64,000 bases of DNA from Burkholderiales bacterium (GTDB lineage Bacteria; Pseudomonadota; Gammaproteobacteria; Burkholderiales; SG8-39): NCBI GenBank assembly GCA_035308765.1, contig DATGGA010000025.1, forward strand, positions 2,576-66,575, written 5' to 3'. The notes below the pieces were generated by a model. The model saw only the letters and a program-made list of their open reading frames with translations, was not told where the DNA came from and searched no databases. Positions 37,248 through 49,370 of this stretch are shown here, in pieces. Positions within the stretch are counted from its first letter, which is position 1; every line of letters starts with the position of its first letter. A program made the translations under genes and the position numbers.

Positions 37248-38102
37248 TCAATTCAGGCGCGCGCAGCGCACCGACAGCTCGACCATTTTAGCGCGCACCT
37301 CGTCGGCGTCGCCCGCCTCCGGTGCGCGCTCGAGGTATTCGGCCAGGTCCTTGAGCGCCGGGCGCCAGCATTCGAGGCGCTGATAGACAAGGCCGCGGTC
37401 GCGCAGCTCGGCGGCCGAGTCGGGCGCGACGATCACCATCCGGTTGAGCACCTGCAGCATGCGCTCGGGCTTGTCTTTTTCGCGGTAGACGCCCTTCAGG
37501 TTGCGCAGCACGCGCGCGAGTATCTGCCGGTTGCTGGCGGGCTCGAGGAAATGGTCGAGCGGCAGCTCCGCGACCGGAACTCCCCCGGTGGCACCGCGCG
37601 GGATCACGCGCTTCAGGCGCTCGCGCAGCTCGCTCTCCGATTGCGGCACGCCGCCTGAGAAGGGATCCAGCACCAGCGTACCGCCGCGCAGCGGCAGGCG
37701 GACCAGGAAATGCCCCGGGAAGGAAACGCCCTCGAACCGCAGTTCGATACGCCGGCCTATCTCCATGTACAGCACCGCGAGCGTGATCGGGATCCCCATA
37801 CGGCGGTCGAGGACTTCGTTCAGGTAGGAGTTGCGCGGATCGTAGTAGTCGTCAGTGTTGCCGCTGAAACCGAGGTCATCGAACAGGAATTCGTTCAGCG
37901 CGATCACCCGGTCCTCGGCAACCGCGTCCTTCGCCAGGCGCGCGCGCAGACGTTTCGCGAAACGGTCTATTTCGCCGACATAGCCGTCCACGTCCAGCCC
38001 CGGATAGGCGTCCTCCGCGATCTGCAGGCAGGCCCTGGCGAGCTCGATCTCCTCGTCGCGGCGCGACACCAGTTCCGAGAACCGGTCCAGCCCGGGCGTC
38101 AA
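37248..38102 (-). CDS. SirB1-like transglutaminase-fold + TPR protein
   Basis: GIPITLAVLYMEIGRRIELRFEGVSFPGHFLVRL plus a C-terminal TPR (RDRGLVYQRLECWRPALKDLAEYL). I chose the TTG at 38102, which forms a TTGA overlap with the murJ stop. The track ORF extends to 38261 inside murJ, so the start is uncertain. Confidence 0.7.
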   Translation of the reverse strand: MTPGLDRFSELVSRRDEEIELARACLQIAEDAYPGLDVDGYVGEIDRFAKRLRARLAKDAVAEDRVIALNEFLFDDLGFSGNTDDYYDPRNSYLNEVLDRRMGIPITLAVLYMEIGRRIELRFEGVSFPGHFLVRLPLRGGTLVLDPFSGGVPQSESELRERLKRVIPRGATGGVPVAELPLDHFLEPASNRQILARVLRNLKGVYREKDKPERMLQVLNRMVIVAPDSAAELRDRGLVYQRLECWRPALKDLAEYLERAPEAGDADEVRAKMVELSVRCARLN

Positions 38103-39637
38103 TCGGCCCCCCGGATCGAGAAATGGCGCAGCCGGAATCCGAACGTGAACAGGCAGGCGCCATAGACGGCGATTCCCAGCAGCACCAGGCCCGCCAGCAT
38201 GCCCAATTTCCATTGCCAGCCCGCGTGCAGCCATGCCGCCGCCTGACCCATCGCGAACCACAGCGCTGCGGCCATGGCGGCGACGGCGCCGCCGACTTTC
38301 AGCGCGAAAGCGGGCCAGCCGGGCTGCGGCGTGTAAATCTTTTGTTTTCTCAACATTAAATACAACAACAAAGCGTTCAAGCAGGCCCCGAGACCGATCG
38401 CGAGCGCGAGGCCAGCGTGCTTGAACGGTCCGATGAAGGCGAAATTCATCACTTGCGTGACCGCCAGCGTCGCCAGGCCGATCTTTACCGGCGTAACCAC
38501 GTTCTGCTTGGCGTAGAAGCCGGGTGCCAGGATCTTCACCAGGATCATGCCCACCAGGCCCAGGCTGTAGGCGACCAGCGCATCGCGGGTCATCCAGGCA
38601 TCCTGCACGTTGAACTGGCCGTAGTGGAACAGTGTCGCGATCAGAGGCATGGCCAGTACAGCGAGCGCCGCTGCTGCCGGCAGCGCGAGCAGCAGGGTCA
38701 CCCGCAGCCCCCAGTCGAGGAGGCGGCTGTAGGACTCCGGCGCACCGCTGGCATGGTGCTTCGACAGGCTCGGCAACAGGATTGTTCCTAGCGCGGCGCC
38801 CAGCACGCCCGCGGGAAATTCCATCAGCCGGTCGGCGTAGTAGAGCCAGGAGACGCTGCCCGTGACCAGGAACGAAGCAAAGATGGTGTTGATCAACAGC
38901 GATACCTGGCTCACCGATACGCCGAACACCGCCGGCGCCATGAGTTTGAGCACGCGCCTGACTCCCGGATGCTTCATGTCGAGCCGCCAGCGCGGCAGCA
39001 TGCCTATCCTCGCCAGGAACGGCAGCTGCAGCAGGAGCTGCAGCAGCCCCCCCGCGAACACGGCCCAGGCGAGCACCAGCACCGGCGGATCGAAGCGGTC
39101 GGCGAAGAACGCGGCGCCGACGATGAACGAGATGTTGAGCAGCACCGGCGTGAACGCGGGCACCGCGAACCGGCTCCAGGTATTGAGGATGCCGGCGGCC
39201 ATCGCCACCAGCGAGATGAAGACGATGTAGGGAAACGTGATCCGCAGCATGGCAACGGTCAGCGCGAACTTGCCGGGCTCGGCGGCGAAACCCGGCGCCG
39301 ACACGTAGACCACCAGCGGGGCCAGCGCCATCCCCAGGGCGGCGGTCGCGAGCAGCGCGAGGAACAGCGCCGTCGAAACGCTGTCCACCAGCGAGCGGGT
39401 GGCTTCGGCCGACTCCCGGTTGCGAACCTCGGCCAGGATCGGCACGAAGGCCTGCGAAAACGCGCCTTCGGCGAACATCCGCCGCAGCAGATTGGGGATG
39501 CGGAAGGCGACGACGAAGGCGTCGGTCGCGAGCCCGGCGCCGAAGATGCGCGCAATGAAGAAATCGCGCGCGTAGCCCAGGATCCTCGACAGCAGGGTCA
39601 TGCTGCTCACGGTCGCCAGGGCCCGAAGAAGGTTCAT
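38099..39637 (-). CDS. murJ: lipid II flippase MurJ
   Basis: 512 aa: MNLLRALATVSSMTLLSRILGYARDFFIARIFGAGLATDAFVVAFRIPNLLRRMFAEGAFSQAFVPIL. Confidence 0.95.
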   Translation of the reverse strand: MNLLRALATVSSMTLLSRILGYARDFFIARIFGAGLATDAFVVAFRIPNLLRRMFAEGAFSQAFVPILAEVRNRESAEATRSLVDSVSTALFLALLATAALGMALAPLVVYVSAPGFAAEPGKFALTVAMLRITFPYIVFISLVAMAAGILNTWSRFAVPAFTPVLLNISFIVGAAFFADRFDPPVLVLAWAVFAGGLLQLLLQLPFLARIGMLPRWRLDMKHPGVRRVLKLMAPAVFGVSVSQVSLLINTIFASFLVTGSVSWLYYADRLMEFPAGVLGAALGTILLPSLSKHHASGAPESYSRLLDWGLRVTLLLALPAAAALAVLAMPLIATLFHYGQFNVQDAWMTRDALVAYSLGLVGMILVKILAPGFYAKQNVVTPVKIGLATLAVTQVMNFAFIGPFKHAGLALAIGLGACLNALLLYLMLRKQKIYTPQPGWPAFALKVGGAVAAMAAALWFAMGQAAAWLHAGWQWKLGMLAGLVLLGIAVYGACLFTFGFRLRHFSIRGAD

Positions 39638-39689
39638 GGATGCGGGTTCATGCTAGAATTCGCGCCTTTTTTGCACTGGAATCCAGTAC

Positions 39690-39953
39690 ATGGCCAATAT
39701 CAAATCCGCCCGCAAACGCGCCCGCCAGGCGGTCGTCCGCCGCAGGCACAACGTAAGCCTGCGCACTGCAGCGCGCAGCGCGATCAAGGAAGTCCGGAAG
39801 GCGATCGCCGCCGGCGACAAGAAGGCCGCTGCAGCCGCGCTTGTTAAATCACAAGCGACGATCGACCGCGTCGCTGGCAAGGGCGTGATGCACCGTAATG
39901 CCGCTGCGCGCCAGAAAAGCCGCCTCGCCCACGCCATCAAGGCGATGTCCTAG
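39690..39953 (+). CDS. rpsT: 30S ribosomal protein S20
   Basis: 87 aa: MANIKSARKRARQAVVRRRHNVSLR. It is divergent from murJ, as in many proteobacteria. Confidence 0.96.
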   Translation: MANIKSARKRARQAVVRRRHNVSLRTAARSAIKEVRKAIAAGDKKAAAAALVKSQATIDRVAGKGVMHRNAAARQKSRLAHAIKAMS

Positions 39954-39981
39954 GTGGGGAAACAGGGTCCCTTTCCCGCCA

Positions 39982-40010
39982 GGAGGGAAAACAGGGCCCC
40001 TCCCCCGTTT
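39982..40010. terminator. hairpin terminator between convergent rpsT and the DUF3579 gene
   Basis: GGAGGG-aaaacagggc-CCCTCC followed by CCCGTTTT. It is preceded by a related hairpin, GGGAAA-cagggtccc-TTTCCC, at about 39958-39978. Confidence 0.55.
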
Positions 40011-40339
40011 TAGTCGGTGTCACCGGCCCGTTGCGCCTTGGCGAGTTCGGAGCGGTTTGCGTCGCGCCCGTCACGCGTCTTGAGTTCATTGTCCTTCGCA
40101 AAGCTGAGCAGGAACCGGTAGGCCATCGGCTCGATATCCTCGAGCCGCACGTCCACCACCACGCAGCGTATCCCCGAAGCGGTTACCGGATGAACGAAAG
40201 GGGAGTACTGCATGCGGTGGTCGCCGCCGAAGGCCGACATCACGCCGCACAGCCGTTCGGCCCAGTCGCTGGGCCGGAACGGCTTGCCGTCGCTGGTCAC
40301 CCCCTGGATGACGAATTCGACGATTTCCGGCTCGGGCAT
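40010..40339 (-). CDS. DUF3579 domain-containing protein
   Basis: Start at MPEPEIVEFVIQGVTSDGKPFRPSDWAERLCGVMSAFGGDHRMQYSPFVHP (109 aa). The rest of the 310-aa track ORF is antisense to the decarboxylase gene. Confidence 0.78.
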   Translation of the reverse strand: MPEPEIVEFVIQGVTSDGKPFRPSDWAERLCGVMSAFGGDHRMQYSPFVHPVTASGIRCVVVDVRLEDIEPMAYRFLLSFAKDNELKTRDGRDANRSELAKAQRAGDTD

Positions 40340-40354
40340 ACGAAATAATAGCGT

Positions 40355-42337
40355 ATGGTCAAACCGCTCAGCCGCATCCTGGTCATCGAAGACGAGCCGC
40401 TCGTCTTGCGCGAGATCGTGAAGGGGTTGAACGCGGCCGCCAGGTCCCTCGACAATCCGCTCGGCATTTCCTTCAGCGGCGTCGCCACCGCCCGCGAGGC
40501 GCTGTCGGCGATCGAGGCCGACGGCGATATCCAGGCGGTGCTGGCGGACGACAAGCTGTATTCGCTCCCCAGCCTCAAGAACAGCAACGGCAGGAAGAAG
40601 CTGCAGATGTCCGCGCTGGAATTGGTGCAGCGGATCACGCGCTTCCGCCCGGAGCTCGACGTCTACATCCTGATCGCGCAGGAAAAGGAGGACGACGTGG
40701 TCGACGCGCTGTTCACCGAGGCGGTGGACGGCTACTTCTACCGCGAAGAGCGCGACTACCGCGGCATCTACCGCATCCTCAACGCGCAAATCCAGGAAAA
40801 GGCGCGCACGCCCTTCACCGACGCGCTGAAATCCTACGTGTGGATGGCCAAGGATCAGTGGCACACGCCCGGCCATTCCTCCGGGGAATCGCTGCGCGGC
40901 AGCCCGTGGGTGAACGACTTCTATGAATTCATGGGAGACCACGTCTTCGACGCCGATCTCTCCGTATCAGTTCCGATGCTGGATTCGCTGATGGAGCCCA
41001 GGGGCGTGATCGCCGAGGCGCAACAGATGGCCGCCAAGGCCTTCGGCGCGCGGCGCACCTTTTTCGCCACCAACGGCACCTCGACCGCGAACAAGGTCAT
41101 CTTCCAGACCCTGCTCGCGCCCGGCGAAAAGCTGCTGCTCGACCGCAACTGCCACAAGAGCGTGCACCACGGCGTGGTGCTCTCCGGCGCGCACCCGGTC
41201 TACCTGGATTCGGCGCTGAACAGGAAATACGGGCTCTACGGTCCCGTGCCGAAAAAAAACATCCTGAGGGAAATACAAAAGCATCCCGACGCGCAGGCCC
41301 TGATTCTGACCTCCTGCACCTACGACGGCCTGCGCTACGACCTCGAGCCGATCGTGCGCGCCGCTCACGCAAAGGGGATCAAGGTGATCGTCGACGAGGC
41401 CTGGTACGGCTTCGCGCGCTTCCATCCCGAGTTCCGCCCCACCGCGCTGGAGTCCGGCGCGGACTACGCGACGCAATCCACGCACAAGGTGCTGTCGGCC
41501 TTCTCCCAGGCCTCGATGATCCACGTCAACGATCCCGGCTTCCGTGAGCACCTGTTCCGTGAAAACTTCAACATGCACACGTCCACCTCGCCGCAGTACG
41601 GCCTGATCGCCAGCCTGGACGTGGCACGCAAGCAGGCGGTGATGGAGGGCTACAAGCTGCTCACTCGCACCATCGCGCTTGCCAATGAGCTGCGCCGGCA
41701 GATCAACTCCACCGGCGCATTCCGCGTGCTGGAACTCGCCGATCTGCTGCCGGACGAGGTGCGCGCGGACGGCATCCGCCTGGACCTCACCAAGGTGACG
41801 GTGGATGTCTCCGGCTGCGGCTACACCGTGGAGGAATTGCAGAACGAGCTGTTCGAGCGCTTCAACATCCAGATCGAAAAGAGCACCTTCAATACCATCA
41901 CGCTGCTGCTCACCATCGGCACCACGCGCTCCAAGGTGTCGCGCCTGTACGATGCGCTGATGCGCCTGGCGCGCGAAGGCCGGTCGCCGCGGCGCCTGGT
42001 GCGCACGCCCGAGATTCCCGCGTTCACCGGGCTCCGCTTCCTGCCGCGCGACGCCTATTTCTGCGGCGGCGAACTGGTCCCGGTATTCGACGACAAGGAG
42101 CGCGTCAACCGCGCGCTGTCGCACCGCGTCTGCGCCGACGGCATCGTGCCCTACCCGCCGGGCATCCCGGTTCTGGTTCCCGGCCAGGTGATCACGCCCA
42201 AGATCACCGAATACCTGGCCGCGCTGCTGCGCTCGCAGAAACGCACCGAGCTGCACGGCATCGTCTACGAAGGCTATCAGCCCTGCATACGGGTGCTCAG
42301 ACCCGCCGAGGAGCGCGCCTTGCGCCGCGCCAAATAG
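40355..42337 (+). CDS. Orn/Lys/Arg decarboxylase family PLP enzyme with an N-terminal receiver-like wing domain
   Basis: 660 aa. The N-terminus RILVIEDEPLVL...AVLADD is CheY-like. The core has WHTPGHS, FFATNGTSTANK and the PLP-lysine block QSTHKVLSAFSQASMIHV. Confidence 0.85.
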   Translation: MVKPLSRILVIEDEPLVLREIVKGLNAAARSLDNPLGISFSGVATAREALSAIEADGDIQAVLADDKLYSLPSLKNSNGRKKLQMSALELVQRITRFRPELDVYILIAQEKEDDVVDALFTEAVDGYFYREERDYRGIYRILNAQIQEKARTPFTDALKSYVWMAKDQWHTPGHSSGESLRGSPWVNDFYEFMGDHVFDADLSVSVPMLDSLMEPRGVIAEAQQMAAKAFGARRTFFATNGTSTANKVIFQTLLAPGEKLLLDRNCHKSVHHGVVLSGAHPVYLDSALNRKYGLYGPVPKKNILREIQKHPDAQALILTSCTYDGLRYDLEPIVRAAHAKGIKVIVDEAWYGFARFHPEFRPTALESGADYATQSTHKVLSAFSQASMIHVNDPGFREHLFRENFNMHTSTSPQYGLIASLDVARKQAVMEGYKLLTRTIALANELRRQINSTGAFRVLELADLLPDEVRADGIRLDLTKVTVDVSGCGYTVEELQNELFERFNIQIEKSTFNTITLLLTIGTTRSKVSRLYDALMRLAREGRSPRRLVRTPEIPAFTGLRFLPRDAYFCGGELVPVFDDKERVNRALSHRVCADGIVPYPPGIPVLVPGQVITPKITEYLAALLRSQKRTELHGIVYEGYQPCIRVLRPAEERALRRAK

Positions 42338-42352
42338 GTCATTAACATCCTG

Positions 42353-42380
42353 AAAACGGCGGTTCAGCGACCGCCGTTTT
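42353..42380 (+). terminator. Rho-independent terminator after the decarboxylase gene
   Basis: AAAACGGCGGT-tcagcg-ACCGCCGTTTT. Confidence 0.8.
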
Positions 42381-42402
42381 GCATTTGGAAAGGAGCGACG
42401 CC

Positions 42403-43608
42403 ATGAGCCATGTGATGAACACGTACGCCCGCCAGCCGGTCGCGTTCGTGCGCGGCCAGGGCGTATGGCTGTGGGACGAGGCCGGCAAGAAGTACCTCGA
42501 CGCCCTCGCCGGCATCGCGGTGAACACGCTCGGCCACAATCACCCGCGCCTCACGCGCGCGCTCACCGAGCAGATCGGGCGCATCATCCACAGTTCCAAC
42601 CTGTTCCAGGTGCCGCTGCAGGAACAGGCCGCCGACCGCATCGCGCAGATCACCGGCCTGGACGAGGTGTTTTTCTGCAATTCCGGCCTGGAAGCCAACG
42701 AGGCCGCGATCAAGGTCGCGCGCAAGTACGGCCACGACCGCGGCATCGCGGAACCCGCCATCATCGTCATGGAAAAGGCCTTCCACGGCCGCTCGCTGGC
42801 GACGCTGTCGGCCACCGCCAGCCGCAAGGTGCAGGCGGGCTTCGAGCCGCTGGTGCAGGGCTTCGTGCGCGTGCCGCTGAACGATCTCGAATCGATGCGC
42901 CAGGTCGCGGCGCACAACAAGAACGTGGTCGCGGTTTTCATCGAGCCGATCCAGGGCGAAGGCGGCATCAACGTCTCGCGCCTCGAGTACCTGAAAGGCC
43001 TCAAGGAGATCTGCGAGAGCAACGAGTGGCTGTTCATGTCCGACGAGGTGCAATGCGGCCTGGGGCGCACCGGCAAGTGGTTCGTCTACCAGCACGCCGG
43101 CTTCCTGCCGGACGTGGTGCCGCTCGCCAAGGGACTTGCCGGCGGGGTGCCGGTTGGCGCCTGCGTCGTGGGAGGACGTGCGAAAGGCGTGTTCAAGCCC
43201 GGCAACCACGGCTCCACCTTCGGCGGCAATCCGCTGGCGATGCGCGGCGTGGTGACCACGCTGGACACGGTGAAGGAAGAAGGCCTGCTCGAGAACGCGG
43301 CCCGGGTCGGCGCGGCCATGCTCGACGGGCTGAAGGCGTCGCTTGGCGGGGTGGCCGGGGTCGTCGAGGTTCGCGGCATGGGCCTGATGATCGGCGTCGA
43401 GCTGGATCGTCCCTGCGGCGAGCTGGTGAAAATCGGACTGGACGCGGGCCTCGTGTTCAACGTCACTGCCGACAACGTCATCCGGCTGCTGCCGGCGCTG
43501 GTGATCAGCGAGGCCGAGGGCCGCGAAGTCGTCGAGCGGCTGGTGCCGCTGGTGAAGGCCTTCGTCGCACAGGGAACCGCCCAGCCGAAAATCGCTGCGG
43601 CGCGTTGA
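42403..43608 (+). CDS. argD: acetylornithine aminotransferase
   Basis: Start at MSHVMNTYARQPVAFVRGQGVWLWDEAGKKYLD, with an AAGGAG SD 8 nt upstream. Class III aminotransferase blocks are FFCNSGLEANEAAIK, DEVQCGLGRTGK and STFGGNPLA. Confidence 0.9.
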   Translation: MSHVMNTYARQPVAFVRGQGVWLWDEAGKKYLDALAGIAVNTLGHNHPRLTRALTEQIGRIIHSSNLFQVPLQEQAADRIAQITGLDEVFFCNSGLEANEAAIKVARKYGHDRGIAEPAIIVMEKAFHGRSLATLSATASRKVQAGFEPLVQGFVRVPLNDLESMRQVAAHNKNVVAVFIEPIQGEGGINVSRLEYLKGLKEICESNEWLFMSDEVQCGLGRTGKWFVYQHAGFLPDVVPLAKGLAGGVPVGACVVGGRAKGVFKPGNHGSTFGGNPLAMRGVVTTLDTVKEEGLLENAARVGAAMLDGLKASLGGVAGVVEVRGMGLMIGVELDRPCGELVKIGLDAGLVFNVTADNVIRLLPALVISEAEGREVVERLVPLVKAFVAQGTAQPKIAAAR

Positions 43609-43615
43609 GCCTTTC

Positions 43616-46614
<2,999 letters not shown>

Positions 46615-46623
46615 GGAAATTGC

Positions 46624-47109
46624 GTGCCGTCGTTCGACATCGTCTCGCAGGTGGACCGGCAGGAGGTGAAGAACGCCATCGAGCAGACCAACAAGGAGAT
46701 CACCAACCGCTTCGATTTCAAGGGCTCCGACGCCCGGGTCGAGCAGGCGGAGCTGTTGCTTACCGTGTTCGCCGACGACGAGTTCAAGCTCGGCCAGGTG
46801 CTGGACGTGCTGCGCGGCCGGATGACCAAGCGCAACGTCGACATGCGCTGCCTGGAACTGGGCGCGATCGAAAAGATCTCGGGCGACAAGGTGAAGCGGC
46901 CAGTCACGGTCAAGGTCGGCGTTCCCCAGGACAAGGGCAAGCAGATCCAGAAACTGGTGAAGGACTCGAAGCTCAAGGTCGCCGCCTCGATCCAGGGCGA
47001 CGCGGTCCGCATATCGGGCGCGAAGAAGGACGAGCTGCAGGCCGCGATCCAGTTGGTGCGGACGTCGGTGGCCGACGTTCCGCTCCAGTTCATCAATTTC
47101 AGGGACTAG
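46624..47109 (+). CDS. yajQ: YajQ family nucleotide (cyclic di-GMP)-binding protein
   Basis: 161 aa, GTG start: [34 protein letters not shown]...FINFRD. Confidence 0.92.
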   Translation: MPSFDIVSQVDRQEVKNAIEQTNKEITNRFDFKGSDARVEQAELLLTVFADDEFKLGQVLDVLRGRMTKRNVDMRCLELGAIEKISGDKVKRPVTVKVGVPQDKGKQIQKLVKDSKLKVAASIQGDAVRISGAKKDELQAAIQLVRTSVADVPLQFINFRD

Positions 47110-47114
47110 GAACA

Positions 47115-47133
47115 GGGGAACCAGGCCTTCCCC
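47115..47133. terminator. weak hairpin between convergent yajQ and the amidotransferase gene
   Basis: GGGGAA-ccaggcc-TTCCCC. There is no U-tract. Confidence 0.35.
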
Positions 47134-47145
47134 CGTACCCCTCGG

Positions 47146-47856
47146 CTAGGTTTTCGAAAGCCCCTCGGTCCAGCGGTCGTAGATCCTGTCGGCGATTCCG
47201 TGCAGTGCGGCGACGCGCTCTTCCAGGTTCTTTTCGATTTTCGCCGGCGGCTGCACGCCGGGGCTGGCCGCGCTGTCGCGGATCTCGTCGGCGCCGCCCT
47301 GGCACCAGTTGCGGATCAATTCCTCCGTCATCTCGACATGGCACTGCAGGCCGAGGTGCCTGCCGACCGCGAAGCCCTGGTTGGCGCAATGCACGTTGCC
47401 CAGCACGCGCGTCGCGCCGGGCGGAACGCTGAAGGTCTCGCCGTGCCAGTGGAAGGACTCGAACGCAGTCAACGGCGCGAACCATTCGCGCGCGACATTG
47501 TTGTCCGCGACCTCGACCTCGCCCCAGCCGATCTCCTTCACCCGGGCGCGGGTCACTTCCCCGCCCAGGGCCTTCGACATCAGCTGCCCGCCAAGGCAGT
47601 GGCCCAGCGTCGGCACGTCCTTGCGCACCGCCTCGCGCACCAGCTCGAGCATCGGCTTGATCCAGGCCAGGTCGTCGTTGACGCTCATCGGCCCACCCAT
47701 GAACACGAGGCCGGAGAACTTGCGCGCGTCCTTCGGCACCGCGCGGCCCTGGTCGAGCGGAAACAATTTCCAGGGCACCGCCCGGCGCTCCAGGTAGGTG
47801 GCAAAATACGCGGGGCCTTCACTCTTGGCGTGCCGGAAAATAGCGACTGGCTTCAT
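47146..47856 (-). CDS. class I glutamine amidotransferase (GMP synthase-like GATase domain protein)
   Basis: Start at MKPVAIFRHAKSEGPAYF. Also present: VFMGGPMSVND, the nucleophile block PTLGHCLGGQL, and HWHGETF. Confidence 0.85.
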   Translation of the reverse strand: MKPVAIFRHAKSEGPAYFATYLERRAVPWKLFPLDQGRAVPKDARKFSGLVFMGGPMSVNDDLAWIKPMLELVREAVRKDVPTLGHCLGGQLMSKALGGEVTRARVKEIGWGEVEVADNNVAREWFAPLTAFESFHWHGETFSVPPGATRVLGNVHCANQGFAVGRHLGLQCHVEMTEELIRNWCQGGADEIRDSAASPGVQPPAKIEKNLEERVAALHGIADRIYDRWTEGLSKT

Positions 47857-48505
47857 GAACCCCGATTCTAGTGTGCTTCCTGCCCTGCTTCTGGCGCTAG
47901 CGGCGCTCGCGCCGCCCGCCGCAGCATCGGAGGTCCTGCTGGTAGGCGTATTCGGCGACAAAGCGGCGATCCTCGCCATCGACGGCGGCACGCCGAAGAC
48001 CGTCAAGGTGGGCCAGAAGCTCGGGGACATCACACTCATATCGGTCGACAAGGACCGCGCCACCATCGAGAGCGGCGGCAAGCGCAGCGTCCTGGTACGC
48101 GGCCAGACGTACAGCAGTACCGGCGGCAGTTCGGACCACCAGAGCGTGACGCTCGCAGCGGGAGCGGGCGGGCATTTCATCACCGAGGGCGCCGTCAACG
48201 GCGGCCAGGTGCGGTTCCTGGTGGATACCGGCGCCACGATGATCGCGCTTCCGGCCAGCGACGCCAACCGGCTCGGCATCAGCTACCACCGGGGCGATGT
48301 CGCCACGCTGCAGACGGCGGCAGGGCCGACGTCCGCCTATCGCGTCAAGTTCGACAGCGTGCGCGTCGGCGGGATCGAGTTGAGCAATGTCGACGGCGTC
48401 GTCGTCGAAAGCGGCCTGCCGGTCGCGCTGCTGGGGATGACTTTCCTCAATCGCGTGGAGATGACGCGCGACGGCGACCGGATGACGCTCACGCGCCGCT
48501 ACTGA
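47855..48505 (+). CDS. retropepsin-like clan AA aspartic protease (TIGR02281-like)
   Basis: VRFLVDTGATMIALPASDANRLGI contains the D-T-G active site. An N-terminal hydrophobic segment PALLLALAALAPPAAA is present. The start could be the ATG at 47855 or the GTG at 47798. Either one overlaps the divergent amidotransferase gene. Confidence 0.78.
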   Translation: MNPDSSVLPALLLALAALAPPAAASEVLLVGVFGDKAAILAIDGGTPKTVKVGQKLGDITLISVDKDRATIESGGKRSVLVRGQTYSSTGGSSDHQSVTLAAGAGGHFITEGAVNGGQVRFLVDTGATMIALPASDANRLGISYHRGDVATLQTAAGPTSAYRVKFDSVRVGGIELSNVDGVVVESGLPVALLGMTFLNRVEMTRDGDRMTLTRRY

Positions 48506-48523
48506 TCCAGCCCGCCAGGCGGC

Positions 48524-49345
48524 TCACGTCCCGCGCTTGTCCTTCTCGATGAGGGCGTAGGCGGAGTGGTTGTGAATCGATTCGAAGTTCTCCGACTCGA
48601 CCACGTAGCCGGTGATGCGCTCGTCGAGGTTCAGGATTGCCGCGACGTCGCGCACCATGTCCTCGACGAATTTCGGATTGTCGTAGGCGCGCTCGGTGAC
48701 GAATTTCTCATCGGGACGCTTCAGCAGACCGTAGAGTTCGCTCGAGGCCTGCTTCTCGACTAGGTCCACGATCTCCTCGATCCAGACGAAGTCGTTGGTG
48801 CGCGCAGTCACCGTGACGTGCGAGCGCTGGTTGTGCGCGCCGTAATCCGAGATTTTCTTCGAACAGGGGCACAGGCTGGTCACCGGCACCAGCACCTTCA
48901 TCGCGAAGCACTGCTTGCCCTGCTTGATTTCGCCGATGAACGTGACCTCGTAGTCCATCAGGCTCTTCACGCCCGACACCGGCGCCTTCTTCTCGATGAA
49001 ATAGGGGAAGGTCATCTCGATACGGCCTTCGGCGGCCTCGAGACGCTCGACCATCTCCTTGAGCATCGCCTGGAAGCTTTCCACCGTGAGCTCGCGCTCC
49101 TGCGCGCTCAGGATCTCGACGAAGCGCGACATGTGCGTGCCCTTGAACTGGTGCGGCAGGCCGACGTACATGTTGAACGAAGCGATGGTGTGCTGCACGG
49201 TTGGGGAGGTGCGCTCCGCGGAGGGCCTCTCCATTACACGCACCGGGTGGCGGATCGCCTTGACCCCGACGCGGTCGATCGCGAGCTTGCGCGAGTCGGG
49301 GGCGCTCTGAACGTCCGGGATGTTGTGCAGGTCTTTGGCTTTCAT
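48524..49345 (-). CDS. folE2: GTP cyclohydrolase I type 2 (FolE2 / MptA family)
   Basis: 273 aa: [25 protein letters not shown]...GTHMSRFVE...[19 protein letters not shown]. Confidence 0.9.
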   Translation of the reverse strand: MKAKDLHNIPDVQSAPDSRKLAIDRVGVKAIRHPVRVMERPSAERTSPTVQHTIASFNMYVGLPHQFKGTHMSRFVEILSAQERELTVESFQAMLKEMVERLEAAEGRIEMTFPYFIEKKAPVSGVKSLMDYEVTFIGEIKQGKQCFAMKVLVPVTSLCPCSKKISDYGAHNQRSHVTVTARTNDFVWIEEIVDLVEKQASSELYGLLKRPDEKFVTERAYDNPKFVEDMVRDVAAILNLDERITGYVVESENFESIHNHSAYALIEKDKRGT

Positions 49346-49370
49346 GCCGCCATTATAACTCCCGAGTTAA

